A stretch of DNA of 64,000 bases from Candidatus Bathyarchaeota archaeon (GCA_963739305.1 CAVTZU010000028.1:32001-96000); one strand, 5' to 3'; numbered from the stretch's first letter, positions 48,230 through 59,422 are shown. Numbers and translations: made by a program. The notes: generated by a model from the letters alone, not told the origin.

Positions 48230-48655
48230 TTATTCTGCGTACTTTCTGGCCTGCATGAAAAGGGTGACACATACAAGAAGAAGCAGGAGTGATGATATTG
48301 CCAGACCAGCGATGTTCCATGAATCGTGGATCGAGAACCAGAATGAAACGAAGAAACTGCCGATCATCCCGATTAGTGCACCAAGGATCGTTCCAAAGTA
48401 CAGAGATGCCACCGAATGTCTTTCCTGTAGGTTCTGTGCCGTCTTGATCGTTTCTACGCTGTCCAAAAGCGTCTTCAGAGTCTCAGTTGGGACAGTCACG
48501 TCAAGTTGCCGATGGTCCTCTGCTCGCAGCAAGTACGAATGCAGATCAAGAGTTGCTTGCCAAAAGTCCTGCAGAACATCTCTCATATTTTCATGATGCA
48601 TATCCGCTGCCGTGGGTCTTGGATCGGCATCCGCATCGTCTTGATTTTGGTTCAA
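48230..48655 (-). CDS. Hypothetical protein with two C-terminal TMs
   Basis: 141 aa ORF. Confidence 0.6.
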   Translation of the reverse strand: MNQNQDDADADPRPTAADMHHENMRDVLQDFWQATLDLHSYLLRAEDHRQLDVTVPTETLKTLLDSVETIKTAQNLQERHSVASLYFGTILGALIGMIGSFFVSFWFSIHDSWNIAGLAISSLLLLLVCVTLFMQARKYAE

Positions 48656-48797
48656 CCAGCTCTACCTCTGTTCGTCTGCATCTCCACATTGATAGTCTTC
48701 TCACGATTATGAACCTTGTCTTCAGCCAAGAATCAAGAACTCGCATTCAGCCGTGAAGGTTTGGTTGGAACAAGGCTTTTATTCTAAGGCAGTTCTT

Positions 48798-48815
48798 ACG
48801 TGAATTAATTCACGT
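48798..48815. promoter_or_regulatory. Perfect 18-bp palindrome, operator-like
   Basis: ACGTGAATTAATTCACGT between a T/A box and ATG 48834. Confidence 0.55.
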
Positions 48816-48833
48816 GGAAATAAGGGATGACGA

Positions 48834-49100
48834 ATGAGAGGAGCACTTGTTTTCCTCGCAGTCTTCATCATAGTTCTGCTGGCGACCATAGCTTATCCAG
48901 ATCTGCCGCTAGGCAAACAGATCTACAACGCCCTCAACCTTCCAACCCCTGATTACTTAGTTCTAGGTATTCAAGTAACAACGCTAATAGAAGCAGTCTT
49001 CAACGGAGTAATCTATGGCATAGTAGTTTGGATCATCTACACGATTGCTGACCGAGCGACCAGAAAGAAACCTCAACCACAACAAAGCCAAAAATCATAA
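48834..49100 (+). CDS. Small two-TM protein
   Basis: 88 aa ORF. Confidence 0.75.
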   Translation: MRGALVFLAVFIIVLLATIAYPDLPLGKQIYNALNLPTPDYLVLGIQVTTLIEAVFNGVIYGIVVWIIYTIADRATRKKPQPQQSQKS

Positions 49101-49199
49101 CAAGCCAGCTAAGAAAAGAACCCTCAACACCACATTCTTTTTCTTTGACAAAGCAACATAGGCAGATTCTTCAATGCATGTTTATCTTAGAAAGTTGAG

Positions 49200-49274
49200 T
49201 GGACGGGCCGGGATTTGAACCCGGGACCTCCACGATGCCAACGTGGCGATCATACCAGGCTGATCTACCCGCCC
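49200..49274 (-). tRNA. tRNA-Ala(GGC)
   Basis: GGGCGGG/CCCGTCC acceptor with G3:U70; anticodon arm CCACG-TTGGCAT-CGTGG; T-loop GTTCAAATC; no intron, CCA not encoded. Confidence 0.97.
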
Positions 49275-49709
49275 GCTACATAGCGGTTCTCAAACCCACA
49301 AACAGCACATTAAGCTTTGACTTCTTGTCGCTGTCTGGCTCAGCTTCGGTTTACCATAGACTTTGACTAGGTCAATGAACACAGTTATTCTTAAACCATT
49401 CGAGAGTAAAAGGGGTCTAAAGACGAATCCGCACTTCGTTTTCCTAGTTTTGTTCATCCAACTCGTTTGATCAGAAACGTTTTTAACATTAAGAACAGAA
49501 TAACTTTGTCTCATCCGAATCAGCTTCGCGGCACTTCTATTTATCTTCACGTCCGCTTCATAGTCCTGTTCTTATTTCCAAGTCTCCCCTGCATTTGGCA
49601 CACTTCATCCTTCAGGCATGGTGATTGCAATAATCGCCGTTATTTGGATACGATGGGTTCTAAGTAAAACAATGACACATTCTCAATCAACAAGTAGTCG
49701 TACGAACGA

Positions 49710-51263
49710 CTATCCGCAGTGCAAGTATTGCCCGAGAATCTTTTCGATCTCCTCTGGCTTGCTGAACAAATCATTCCACAAATTTCGGTCGTCATAGCAA
49801 GTCAATTTCTGAATTGTTCTATCGATAATTCTTGACGGGAAGACATCGTCAGCCTCGTAGTATTCTCGATCTCTCTGTAGGTTCTCAGCAGCTTCAATGC
49901 AGGAATGAGGCAACGGTCCAAACGAATCGTGTTCATTTTTCGTCGGTTGTGAGTGAAAGGCTTCCGACTCCCTCAAGGACTTCGCCGCGTTGTCAAGCCC
50001 ATAGTTTGCAGCCAAAGCCAACCCTGCTAGAATTAGATGCGTATTGGCGAAGGCATCTGGGGCTCTGTACTCAAACGTCTCTCGGCAGCTACTACTCATC
50101 TCTGCTTTCGTTCTGTGCTTCCACCACAAAGGTATCCGAACCAACGCTAGACGATTCCTGTCGCTCCAACAGATGTGCATCGGCGACTCTTTGCCCGCAA
50201 TGAACCGCAGGTATGAAACAGGCGTTGGGTTACCGAAAGCGACAAGGCTAGGCGTGAACTTCAGTATTCCAGCAATCATGCATAGTGCTTCTTTGCTCAG
50301 ACTCCCGTTTGATTTCGAAACGATATTTCGTCCTCTTTTCAAGGCGCATAAATGAACGTGCATTCCGTTGCCTGCGTGATCCAAATTGATTTTCGGAGAA
50401 AATGAAGCAAAAACTCCGTGCCTCGCGCAGACGTTTCGAACAACCCACTTTGCAATGACTGCCGTGTCGGCCATGTCCCCGAGGCTTTGAGCGGTTAACT
50501 CGATTTCATGTTGTTCCGCTGTTGTCTCGTCCTTGTTGATTATCTTCCCAACTTCGCCGTGTCCATACTTTGTCCGGATGCCCATAACGCTCAGCGTAGC
50601 CAATACTTCGTTTCGAATCTCTTCGAAACTTGCGAACGGAGAAGACTCGTGATAATTCGCATCCGGGGATCCTGGAAAAAGGATTTCAGTTCGTTGTTTT
50701 TCAATGATGTAGAACTCAAGCTCAATCAATGCCTTCATGGTGGTGTTGTTTGAGGATTGCAGTTTTTTCTCAGCTCTTGTCAACACGCTTTGTGGAGCAA
50801 TATTCAATGGTTTCCCGTTTTCATCTCTGTAGTCGCATAGTACGTTTAGTGTCGGCAAAATTGTGAAGGGATTTGTGAAGAACCTATCAGTTCGCGGAGT
50901 TATGTAGATGTCGCTTTTTTCAGGTTCGATGAATGAGAACAGGCTTGAACCATCTGCGCGTTCGCCAAACTCAAGAATCTCTTTGACTCGTTCTTTGTCG
51001 GTTGTGGAGAAGCTGAGGGTTTTCAGTCTACCGTCTTCAGGTATGTGACACAAGTTTAGTATTTTCAAGTTGTTTTTGGAGATGGCTTTGAATGCAGCCT
51101 CTTTCTCTGAGAAATTCACCATGTTGTGCATTGATGAACCTTCTGCGAGCACTTCTAGGATTCCAGATTCTGATATTTTAACTCTCCCGATGAAAACTTG
51201 TTTCATGTTCAACTGTTGTACATGATTGGGAATAATGATAGTTAGCTCTTCACAACGATACAT
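49710..51263 (-). CDS. Second, divergent glutamine synthetase-family protein
   Basis: GERADGSSLF, ELEFY, HGEVG, GNGMHVH, NRLALVRIP, EYRAPD; the true start is probably near 51130. Confidence 0.88.
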   Translation of the reverse strand: MYRCEELTIIIPNHVQQLNMKQVFIGRVKISESGILEVLAEGSSMHNMVNFSEKEAAFKAISKNNLKILNLCHIPEDGRLKTLSFSTTDKERVKEILEFGERADGSSLFSFIEPEKSDIYITPRTDRFFTNPFTILPTLNVLCDYRDENGKPLNIAPQSVLTRAEKKLQSSNNTTMKALIELEFYIIEKQRTEILFPGSPDANYHESSPFASFEEIRNEVLATLSVMGIRTKYGHGEVGKIINKDETTAEQHEIELTAQSLGDMADTAVIAKWVVRNVCARHGVFASFSPKINLDHAGNGMHVHLCALKRGRNIVSKSNGSLSKEALCMIAGILKFTPSLVAFGNPTPVSYLRFIAGKESPMHICWSDRNRLALVRIPLWWKHRTKAEMSSSCRETFEYRAPDAFANTHLILAGLALAANYGLDNAAKSLRESEAFHSQPTKNEHDSFGPLPHSCIEAAENLQRDREYYEADDVFPSRIIDRTIQKLTCYDDRNLWNDLFSKPEEIEKILGQYLHCG

Positions 51264-51330
51264 TTTAGGGATTCGCTAAGTTTATTTATAAAGCGTCAGT
51301 GTTATAGGGTGAAGAAACAACGGAGTTTCA

Positions 51331-51906
51331 GTGATGTCTCGGAAGATTCCGTCGAAGGACGAAGCACTTGAAGCGTTGGATTTCATAGTGAATGTTCTCA
51401 AGGAGCATGAGAAGGACCTTGATAGACTGATAAGCGAACTTGGTAACGTTACTGAAAAGATGGGTGACACGGGCGAACTTACTGGAAAGGTCGAGAAGGT
51501 TGAGGAGCGGTTGACAACGCTTCAAAACGATATTTCGAACCTGATAACACAGATTTCCACTTCACGCGAACAGCCAGTAGCTTCCGTGCCCATATCGTTG
51601 CAGGTTTCTTCAAAGCCCAAGGCTGAGGAGACGCAGGTTAAGGAGAGAGAGGTTCGTGGACCTCCAGTTATACTTCGATGCAAGGAGTGGGAAGATTTCC
51701 AGAATGTGGCGGGACAGGCACAGACTCTTTCTTTCATGTATCGAGAGGCAGAAAGAACATTTCAGGTTGATGCAGTGAAGGACTACCAGATTATCACTTA
51801 TAGTGGTCCGCTTCCTAAGGGAGCGGCGATGTTGAAGGCATGGCTCTCGAAGCAGCTGGATGTTGCTGAGAAGAAGATTCTTGAAGGCATTTTGGCCATA
51901 GGCTAG
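51331..51906 (+). CDS. Coiled-coil hypothetical protein
   Basis: N-terminal heptads, globular C-terminus. Confidence 0.8.
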   Translation: MMSRKIPSKDEALEALDFIVNVLKEHEKDLDRLISELGNVTEKMGDTGELTGKVEKVEERLTTLQNDISNLITQISTSREQPVASVPISLQVSSKPKAEETQVKEREVRGPPVILRCKEWEDFQNVAGQAQTLSFMYREAERTFQVDAVKDYQIITYSGPLPKGAAMLKAWLSKQLDVAEKKILEGILAIG

Positions 51907-52146
51907 AATTATTTGCAAATATGTGTATGTTTCTGGACTTAACAATGTTTTTATATTAGACTTGACTCTTAAGTCTTACGATGTGCGGAGGGTCGAGGTT
52001 GAAGGCCAACCACAGAGCCAATACGATTTTTTTCCGTTCTCGAAGCCTTCTCCTTTCTCCTCAGTGACGGAAAATGGCCGAGTGGCTGACTAACAGACGA
52101 TGAACCCCCCACATCAAACAGAAGAAACACCTGGAAGCCGGAATCG

Positions 52147-52293
52147 ATGGACCAAACATCAATGACAATACAAAAAATCAACGAAGAATTCGTAAACTTC
52201 AGAAAAACAATGGAAGAACTCTACATGCTAAAACGGGTGGCTTCAGACTTGAAGAACTACCGACGAATGATAAAACTCAAAAAGTACGATTAG
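52147..52293 (+). CDS. 48-aa helical hypothetical protein
   Basis: MDQTSMTIQKINEEFVNFRKTMEELYMLKRVASDLKNYRRMIKLKKYD, manual translation. Confidence 0.4.
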   Translation: MDQTSMTIQKINEEFVNFRKTMEELYMLKRVASDLKNYRRMIKLKKYD

Positions 52294-52416
52294 ACCGACG
52301 ACTCACTGATTCACAGATAGCACAATCCGTCTTCGATCCGATTCTTCAGCATGAAAAAGGTGCGAAAAGACTTTTAGAATCCTTTTCGGAACTATAGTGA
52401 TTAGGAAGTCGATATT

Positions 52417-52914
52417 ATGAAGGATAGAACGGCGAACAACGTTCATGACGCCTTCGTGGGTGAAGCAAAAGCTTACCAGCGCCTCCTAATGTTCGCACAA
52501 AAGGCTGACCAGGAATCATTGCCGCAGATAGCTCATCTCTTCAGAGCCGTAGCCGCGGCTGAGGGCGTTCACTCACGCAGGCACTTCGCGTTGCTTGAAT
52601 CTGTTTCAGACACACAGAGCAACCTGGAAAAAGCGTTTCAATCCGAGACCGCAGTGAATGGTGTTCACTATTTGAGGATGCTGCAAGAAGCAGAAGAGGA
52701 CGGTGAAGAGGCAGCGTCATTTGTCTTCTCCCAAGCAAGGGACGTTGAAGCTGAGCATGCCAGATTGTACGAAAGGGCACTCACTGACCTGATAGCGCAA
52801 CGATCGACTGAATACTATGTCTGTTCAGTGTGCGGACACGTCCACGAACGCGAAGCGCCAGAAACCTGTCCCATCTGCGGAGCACCAAAGACAGCTTTCG
52901 AAAAGGTTCCTTAG
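52417..52914 (+). CDS. Rubrerythrin
   Basis: AFVGEAKA, EGVH, EAEH, CSVCG..CPICG. Confidence 0.95.
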   Translation: MKDRTANNVHDAFVGEAKAYQRLLMFAQKADQESLPQIAHLFRAVAAAEGVHSRRHFALLESVSDTQSNLEKAFQSETAVNGVHYLRMLQEAEEDGEEAASFVFSQARDVEAEHARLYERALTDLIAQRSTEYYVCSVCGHVHEREAPETCPICGAPKTAFEKVP

Positions 52915-53008
52915 AGACAATTCTCTTCCGTTTTTTAGGCATGCCGTAACGCTTTCTTCAAAAAAGTATAGTAGATACATTCTGCAATAGATCTACTAAT
53001 GCAACTGT

Positions 53009-53338
53009 GTGAGTCACATGGAATTTTGCGAAAAGTGCGGTTCCCGCATGGTCAGAACCAAGGAAGGTTTCGCCTGTTCGAGATGCGGCATCGCAAGATA
53101 TGCAAATCCTGACTCTCGAACTTTGAAAAGGAAGGATCGAGAAAGCAGCGTCTATGTTCTGGGGGAATCGACGACAGAACATTCAAAAACTGACCGCCGA
53201 TGTCCAAAATGTGGAAATGAAGAGGCTTTTTACTGGTTTTCCGGCGTTTCCGGTGAACACGCGGGCATCCGTCAGGAAAGGACAATAGAGCATTTCAAAT
53301 GCACGAAATGTGCTTTCTCTTGGACTGGAGAATCATAG
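53009..53338 (+). CDS. TFS/RpoM-like double zinc-ribbon protein lacking the catalytic DE
   Basis: MEFCEKCGSRM..CSRCG; CPKCGNEEAFYW..FKCTKC..W. Confidence 0.85.
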   Translation: MSHMEFCEKCGSRMVRTKEGFACSRCGIARYANPDSRTLKRKDRESSVYVLGESTTEHSKTDRRCPKCGNEEAFYWFSGVSGEHAGIRQERTIEHFKCTKCAFSWTGES

Positions 53339-53386
53339 AAAACGCATTTTGTCGAATGCTCTAGTCATCACAGAGCGGCCGTTTCA

Positions 53387-54097
53387 TCATGAGCGGTAAC
53401 CGCATAGACTCGATGTGCACGTTGCACAGATTTTCTGGTGTTCAAGGTTAGAAAGGACTATTCGACTCAAGATCCAGTACATTGTTGTCACGAGAAAGTA
53501 CATCTCAACCACGACAGTTCCATTCGTCTCAATTACTCCGATCAACATGAAAAGCGCCCCAGCCACGAACAATACGTTCAGGATGAAATGAAACCAACTT
53601 ACTGACATTAACGCCTTCGCATACTGCAAAAGGCCAAGCAGGACAGCACTGAAACCGAACCAGAATATGAACACAGCTACTTCATGCACTGCAAACGCGT
53701 TGACCGCGTAAGATAAGCTTCCAAGTATCGCAATCAAGGCACCCGTAAGTAAGCCAGAGCATCCTGCACAGTAGACCTTATTCCTGATCTTCAAGACATG
53801 AGTGCTGAACCTGCCACATGACGGATGATGACCCTCGTACACTATTGTCCTCTGATCATCTTGAATGGCTCCAGCTTTTTTCAGTTGACTTTGATCATCT
53901 GCCTGCTTGTGAAGGGTTAGCTTTGAGCACTTGGAAGGCAACAATGCTGCCAACCCACCTAAGAAGCATATGCCCATGAATACTGAGATGACAACTTCCT
54001 TGGGCAGAACAGTTCCCGCAGGCTTGTACATGACTGTTAACCAGACTACCAGAATCAGGCAAATCAAAGAACTGGTGGTGAACGCCCATGAGGCCAC
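53387..54097 (-). CDS. Membrane protein with His/Cys motifs
   Basis: GHHPSC..H..CAGC plus six TMs. Confidence 0.75.
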   Translation of the reverse strand: MASWAFTTSSLICLILVVWLTVMYKPAGTVLPKEVVISVFMGICFLGGLAALLPSKCSKLTLHKQADDQSQLKKAGAIQDDQRTIVYEGHHPSCGRFSTHVLKIRNKVYCAGCSGLLTGALIAILGSLSYAVNAFAVHEVAVFIFWFGFSAVLLGLLQYAKALMSVSWFHFILNVLFVAGALFMLIGVIETNGTVVVEMYFLVTTMYWILSRIVLSNLEHQKICATCTSSLCGYRS

Positions 54098-54130
54098 ATT
54101 AGTTTTTCTCAGCTGTGTATCCTCCTGGCG

Positions 54131-56770
54131 TCAGGCGGTTTGGTCTAGACGATGAGCAAAACGTCTATAGAACCATCTCTTCAGGATCTCGACCATCAAC
54201 AGGTAGGCGGCAACGAAGACCAACAGGAAGACAAAAAAGGCTCCCGGAAGTCTCGCAAAACTGAACCAACCGTTAACAATTGGTATAAATGGTAGAATTA
54301 TAGCGACGAAGACCACGGTCAGACTCGCAAATAGCAGAGTCTTGCTGGGTCTGCTCTTGAAGAAAGGCGATCTTCTTGTGCGTATAACGAATATCACAAG
54401 CGTTTGAGTGCACAAAGATTCTACAAACCAAGCAGTCTGGAAGATTGACTCAAAAAGTGACTCAGAAGGAGTGAATCCGCGGAAGAGCGCGAGCATTACC
54501 AAGAATGTCAAGAAGTCGAAAATGCTGCTGATCGGTCCGAAGAAGACCATGAAGTTTCTGATGTAGGAAATGTCAAGTCTCTTTGGTTTGCGAACGTATT
54601 CGGGATCGACGTTGTCCGTTGGAATCGCTATCTCAGAAAAATCATAAAGAAGGTTGTTAAGGAGGATTTGAATCGGGAGCATCGGCAGGAAGGGCAAGAA
54701 AAGAGAAGCGCCTGCAGCGCTAAACATGTTTCCAAAGTTGGAGCTTATTCCCATCAATATGTACTTCATAGTGTTGCCAAATGTCTTCCTTCCTTCGAGA
54801 ACTCCTTCACTGAGCACTGTCAGGTCTTTATGAAGGAGAATGATGTCTGCCGACTCTCTGGCAACGTCGACCGCGTTCTCAACCGATATGCCGACGTCTG
54901 CGATGTGCATTGAGGTGGCGTCGTTGATACCGTCGCCGAGAAAGCCCACGACGTGTCTGTTGCGTTTTAGTGCGTTCATGATTCTGTCTTTTTGAGATGG
55001 GCTTACCCTTGCGAAGACGTTGGCTTCTTCAACAACTCTTGAAAGACCCGGATCTTGAAGTTTAGCGATGTCGTTTCCAACGACGATTCCTTTGATCTCA
55101 AAACCGAGTTGTTCACAGACTTTCCGGGTTACCAGCTCGTTGTCGCCTGTCAGAATCTTAAGTTCTATCCCGGCTTCCTTGATCAAGCGAAGAGACTCTC
55201 TTGAGCTCTGCTTCGGCGGATCCATGAACGCTACGAAACCCAAGAAAACCATATCACACTCATCCGCGATTGAATACGCGGACTTCTCTTCGATTTTCTT
55301 ATATGCCACTCCAAGAACCCTGAACCCTTGCGAACTCAACTTGTGATAATTATCCTCAATTCTCTTCTCCTGCTCCTCAGTCAAGCTAAGTACCTGATTG
55401 TCGAGCTCAAACTGAGAACAGACCCTGACTATTTCTTCCAACGCCCCCTTCGTGAGGAAAAGTCTCTCACCTTCGCGCCCGACAGTAATTGAAACTCGTC
55501 TCCTCACGAAATCGAACGGGACTTCGTCTATTTTCTCATAGCCCACTATGTCGAGATTTTTGAATCTGAGTATGGCGGTGTCGAGAGGGCTCTTCAACCC
55601 TGTTTCATATTGACTGTTTAGGTACGCATAAAGGAGAACCTTGTCGTCGTCTTTTCCCTCAGGGTCCGTGTGCAAGACAAGGGTGATTACGTTTTCAGTA
55701 AGTGTGCCAGTTTTGTCTGTGCATAGCACGTCCATGTTTCCGAAGTTCTGAATCGATGCCAGACGCTTCACAATCACGCTTTTCTTGGACATGGCCAAAG
55801 CGCCCTTCGACAGGTTCACCGAGATAATCATCGGAAGAAGCTCAGGCGTTAGGCCCACTGCCAGAGCCACAGCGAAAAGGAGTGATTCTAAGACTCCCCT
55901 TTTGAAAAGCGCATTTATGAAGAAAACAACTATGACCAGAACCAATGCGACTTGCATCAGTAGAAGACCGAACCGTCTGAGTCCCCTTTCAAATTCTGTT
56001 TCGGGCTCCCTTTCCGTGAGAGTTTTCGCAATTTTCCCAAATTCGGTTGAGCTCCCCGTCCTTGCAACGGCAGCTACCCCTGTTCCGCTGACGACCGAGG
56101 TTCCTTGGAAAACGTAGTTGTCCCTTTCGGCCAATGCTGCACTCTTGACCGCGAGTGGCGCGCTCGTCTTTTCAACCGGAAATGATTCACCAGTCAACGC
56201 TGACTGGTCAACGTACAGGTCCTTTGAAGTTATTATTCTAGAATCTGCTGGTATGATGTCTCCAGCTGAAAGGTATGTTATGTCTCCGGGCACTATTTCG
56301 GACAGATTGACTTCGGTCTTAACGCCGTTTCTTAGAACAGTCGCAGTGGTGACTACTCTTCTCTTGAGAAGCTCAACTGACCTTTCAGCCTTTGACTCTT
56401 GATAAACATCAAGGACTACGCTCAGGAGCACGATTGAGAATATGATTAGAGCAGGAACAGTCTCTCCTGTGATGCCTGAAATCAGGCCTGCTGCAAGAAG
56501 TATGACAACCAAGGGGTTTCTCAGGTGGTAAAGAATCTCAACTAAGCCTGTCCGCTTCTTTCTCTTTGCAAGCTCGTTGCGACCGAATGTTTCAGCGCGA
56601 TTCTCGGCTTCTTGAGCGGACAAGCCATTCTGAGAAGTATTTAATCTAGAGAGCACGTCATCTACTGGCAGACTTAGAAGCTCATCAGTACTCACCGATT
56701 GAGATTCGCTCGATGCCTGTTCCGCTTCTTTCTTTTTGGCCGACCGTGCGAATCCCATTAATGCCACCAT
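54131..56770 (-). CDS. mgtA: Magnesium-translocating P-type ATPase
   Basis: TGES, TPELLP, DKTGT, PFDFVRRR, GDGIND, SSNFGN. Confidence 0.96.
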   Translation of the reverse strand: MVALMGFARSAKKKEAEQASSESQSVSTDELLSLPVDDVLSRLNTSQNGLSAQEAENRAETFGRNELAKRKKRTGLVEILYHLRNPLVVILLAAGLISGITGETVPALIIFSIVLLSVVLDVYQESKAERSVELLKRRVVTTATVLRNGVKTEVNLSEIVPGDITYLSAGDIIPADSRIITSKDLYVDQSALTGESFPVEKTSAPLAVKSAALAERDNYVFQGTSVVSGTGVAAVARTGSSTEFGKIAKTLTEREPETEFERGLRRFGLLLMQVALVLVIVVFFINALFKRGVLESLLFAVALAVGLTPELLPMIISVNLSKGALAMSKKSVIVKRLASIQNFGNMDVLCTDKTGTLTENVITLVLHTDPEGKDDDKVLLYAYLNSQYETGLKSPLDTAILRFKNLDIVGYEKIDEVPFDFVRRRVSITVGREGERLFLTKGALEEIVRVCSQFELDNQVLSLTEEQEKRIEDNYHKLSSQGFRVLGVAYKKIEEKSAYSIADECDMVFLGFVAFMDPPKQSSRESLRLIKEAGIELKILTGDNELVTRKVCEQLGFEIKGIVVGNDIAKLQDPGLSRVVEEANVFARVSPSQKDRIMNALKRNRHVVGFLGDGINDATSMHIADVGISVENAVDVARESADIILLHKDLTVLSEGVLEGRKTFGNTMKYILMGISSNFGNMFSAAGASLFLPFLPMLPIQILLNNLLYDFSEIAIPTDNVDPEYVRKPKRLDISYIRNFMVFFGPISSIFDFLTFLVMLALFRGFTPSESLFESIFQTAWFVESLCTQTLVIFVIRTRRSPFFKSRPSKTLLFASLTVVFVAIILPFIPIVNGWFSFARLPGAFFVFLLVFVAAYLLMVEILKRWFYRRFAHRLDQTA

Positions 56771-57263
56771 TCATGACTACAGACTATAAGATCTAAGTCT
56801 AAACCAGACAGATTGAAACGCTCATGTACGTCTAATCTAATAATCGTTTTGGCAAACCGCCTCACTGCGCTCTGTTTGTAGTCTTCCAACAAAGGGAAAA
56901 CGGATTTGGGAGACTCTTGTTTCGGGAAAATGGAAATGACGATTGCGCGTGTGTTAATGCCGATGTTCAAGCGCGATGACTCTTGTAGCGCGTCTGAACC
57001 AATAGTCCACGGAAGGGAATGTTTTTCGTGAAACCCCTGACTCCTCAAGAGAACTCGCAGATGATTGCCGGAATATTGTCAGATCATTTCTACTTGATTT
57101 TTCGGATCGTCCAAAAGCGTACCTGGAATATTAGAAAATCGCAATCGAGGAACAATGAAAAGCTCAAGTCCATCGATTGGCAAAACAAAAGCCGAAAAAG
57201 ATAAAGGGTTCAGGGGAACTCGAATAAGCGCGCTATAGAGAGAAGGTGTTATGAGGTACTGGA

Positions 57264-58232
57264 ATGATTCCGGTTGAAATTTCGTTTGTCAGAAAGTCGT
57301 ATGGTGATTTGAAGGCGGTCGATGGAGTCTCCTTTTCTGTTCAGGAAGGTGAGGTCTTCGCCCTTCTTGGCCCAAACGGAGCGGGTAAGACAACGCTGAT
57401 AGAGATTCTGGAGGGCTTGCGGAAAAGGGATGAAGGCAATGTGAAGGTGCTGGGTCTCGATCCTTGGGGGAACGGCTATGTGCTTCACAGAAGAATCGGG
57501 GTTATACCGCAGGATTTTACGTTCTTCGACAAGCAGAATCCGAGGGAAGCACTGGAATATTACGCTGCTCTTTTTGGGGTGAAAATTGATGCAGATCAGA
57601 TACTGCGGGAAGTGGTTTTGGACGATTCGGCGAATGTTCTTTTTGAGAACCTTTCTGGTGGGCAGAAGCAGAAGCTTGGTCTCGCGCTTGCACTAGTGAA
57701 TTCTGCCGAACTTCTTTTCCTAGACGAACCCACCACGGGACTTGATCCGAATGCGCGAAGGTCGATCTGGGATGTGATAAGAGGGCTGAGGAGCAAGGGC
57801 CGGACGGTAATTCTAACTACTCATTACCTTGATGAGGCTGCGCAGCTTTCAGACAGGGTAGCCATCATGGATCATGGACATGTCGTAGCGATGGGAACTT
57901 CCGATGAGATCATCGAAGCTCACGGCTCAGGGGAAAGACTGGAAATACACGGAACAGAGGAGTTGGCCGCTTACCTCAAAGCAAACACAAACTTGAACGT
58001 CCAATCTAACGGGAAGGGTCTGATCAGTATAGCAATCACTCAGAAACGCGATGCACTGACAGCCTTGACAGCTGTTGAACGATCTGGGCTCGAATGGCGA
58101 GACCTGCATACTCGTCGCGACAGTCTGGATGACGTATTCGTGAAACTTGTGGCTGGGAGGATTGATGAGAAAGGCGAGATAAGAGTCGAAAACACTGGTA
58201 GCAATTCGAATGGTCAGGGGAGGCGAAAATAG
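57264..58232 (+). CDS. ABC transporter ATP-binding protein
   Basis: GPNGAGKT, LSGGQ, LDEPT, TTH. Confidence 0.96.
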   Translation: MIPVEISFVRKSYGDLKAVDGVSFSVQEGEVFALLGPNGAGKTTLIEILEGLRKRDEGNVKVLGLDPWGNGYVLHRRIGVIPQDFTFFDKQNPREALEYYAALFGVKIDADQILREVVLDDSANVLFENLSGGQKQKLGLALALVNSAELLFLDEPTTGLDPNARRSIWDVIRGLRSKGRTVILTTHYLDEAAQLSDRVAIMDHGHVVAMGTSDEIIEAHGSGERLEIHGTEELAAYLKANTNLNVQSNGKGLISIAITQKRDALTALTAVERSGLEWRDLHTRRDSLDDVFVKLVAGRIDEKGEIRVENTGSNSNGQGRRK

Positions 58233-59327
58233 ATGGCTAATGCACGAAGAATCATTTCTGACCTCCGATTGTTTGGTCGTGGCTACCTTAGAAACGCAGC
58301 AGGCCTGTTCTTCGGACTAATTTTCCCTGTCATCCTCATACTCATCTTCGGAGCGATTTTCTCATCGGGTTTTTCAGGATCAATTACGCTCTACTATCAG
58401 AACCACGACGGTGGGCAGATCTCCACATCTTTTCTGAACACGCTCAACAGCACAGGCACCGTTAAATTAGTTTCAGTCAGTGATTCGGAGAACTTCTCTC
58501 AATATCTGTCAGCCCATTCCGCTTCGGATGGATTGATCATACCCCCTGATTTCTCGGCGAACTACTTGGCAGGCCAGCGTGTTAACGTCACGCTTTACGG
58601 TAACCCATCTCAAAGTTCCAGTTCAATCGTGATTGGAACCGTCACTGGAGTGATAAACGGGTTCAACTTGGCTCGCTACGGAGGCTCATCGATCATCGGA
58701 ATAAGTCAGACTACCGCTAATACTCAGGTGACCAAATACATCGATTTTCTCGTTCCAGGCCTCGTCGGCTTCTCAATACTCGTAAGCCCGATGTTTTCTC
58801 TCGTCAACATATCATCTGAATACAAGAGAATAAAGCTGTTCAAGCAGTTGTCGTTAACTCCTCTAACCAAGATCGAGTGGCTAGCGTCGAAGGTTCTCTT
58901 TTACATCCTTTTGTCGGCAAGCTCATTTCTCCTGATGACTGTGGTCGGAGTGTTTGTCTTTGGGGCACACATCGTGCTTTCACTGTGGCTAATACCATTC
59001 CTCGTATTGGGACCGATGTTCTTCGCATCGCTGGGTATGCTGGTTGGAACTATCTCTAAAAGCACAGAAACCGCCAGTGTCGTAGGAAACATCATAACGT
59101 TTCCGATGATGTTCCTCTCAGGCACGTTCTTCCCGATCACGCTCATGCCAACATATCTTCAATACTTCGCGCATGTCCTGCCCCTATTCTACATAATAGA
59201 TGGACTCAACGGCGTCATGATTTACGGCAACTATGTGCAAGCACTTATCGACTTGGCCGTCGTTGCAGCAATCACGATAATTGCGTTCGTGGCGGCAGCA
59301 AGACTATTCAAGTGGAGAGAAGACTAA
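58233..59327 (+). CDS. ABC-2 type permease
   Basis: YIDFLVPG, PMMFLSGTFFP. Confidence 0.95.
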   Translation: MANARRIISDLRLFGRGYLRNAAGLFFGLIFPVILILIFGAIFSSGFSGSITLYYQNHDGGQISTSFLNTLNSTGTVKLVSVSDSENFSQYLSAHSASDGLIIPPDFSANYLAGQRVNVTLYGNPSQSSSSIVIGTVTGVINGFNLARYGGSSIIGISQTTANTQVTKYIDFLVPGLVGFSILVSPMFSLVNISSEYKRIKLFKQLSLTPLTKIEWLASKVLFYILLSASSFLLMTVVGVFVFGAHIVLSLWLIPFLVLGPMFFASLGMLVGTISKSTETASVVGNIITFPMMFLSGTFFPITLMPTYLQYFAHVLPLFYIIDGLNGVMIYGNYVQALIDLAVVAAITIIAFVAAARLFKWRED

Positions 59328-59422
59328 ATTCGAAGATAACACCCGCGAGCTCCAAGCGTATCTCTCCACATCTTCCGGAAAATGAAAAAAGCCCTCAAAA
59401 AGTGCGGTCAGTTCGTTGAAGA

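Noticed and set aside
56771-57240. Mg-sensing riboswitch or leader upstream of mgtA
   Set aside because: The gap is long, but I could not identify M-box structure by eye; needs an Infernal/Rfam search.
21265-59146. Numerous antisense and overlapping ORFs in the track
   Set aside because: Shadows of well-supported genes on the other strand or in another frame.
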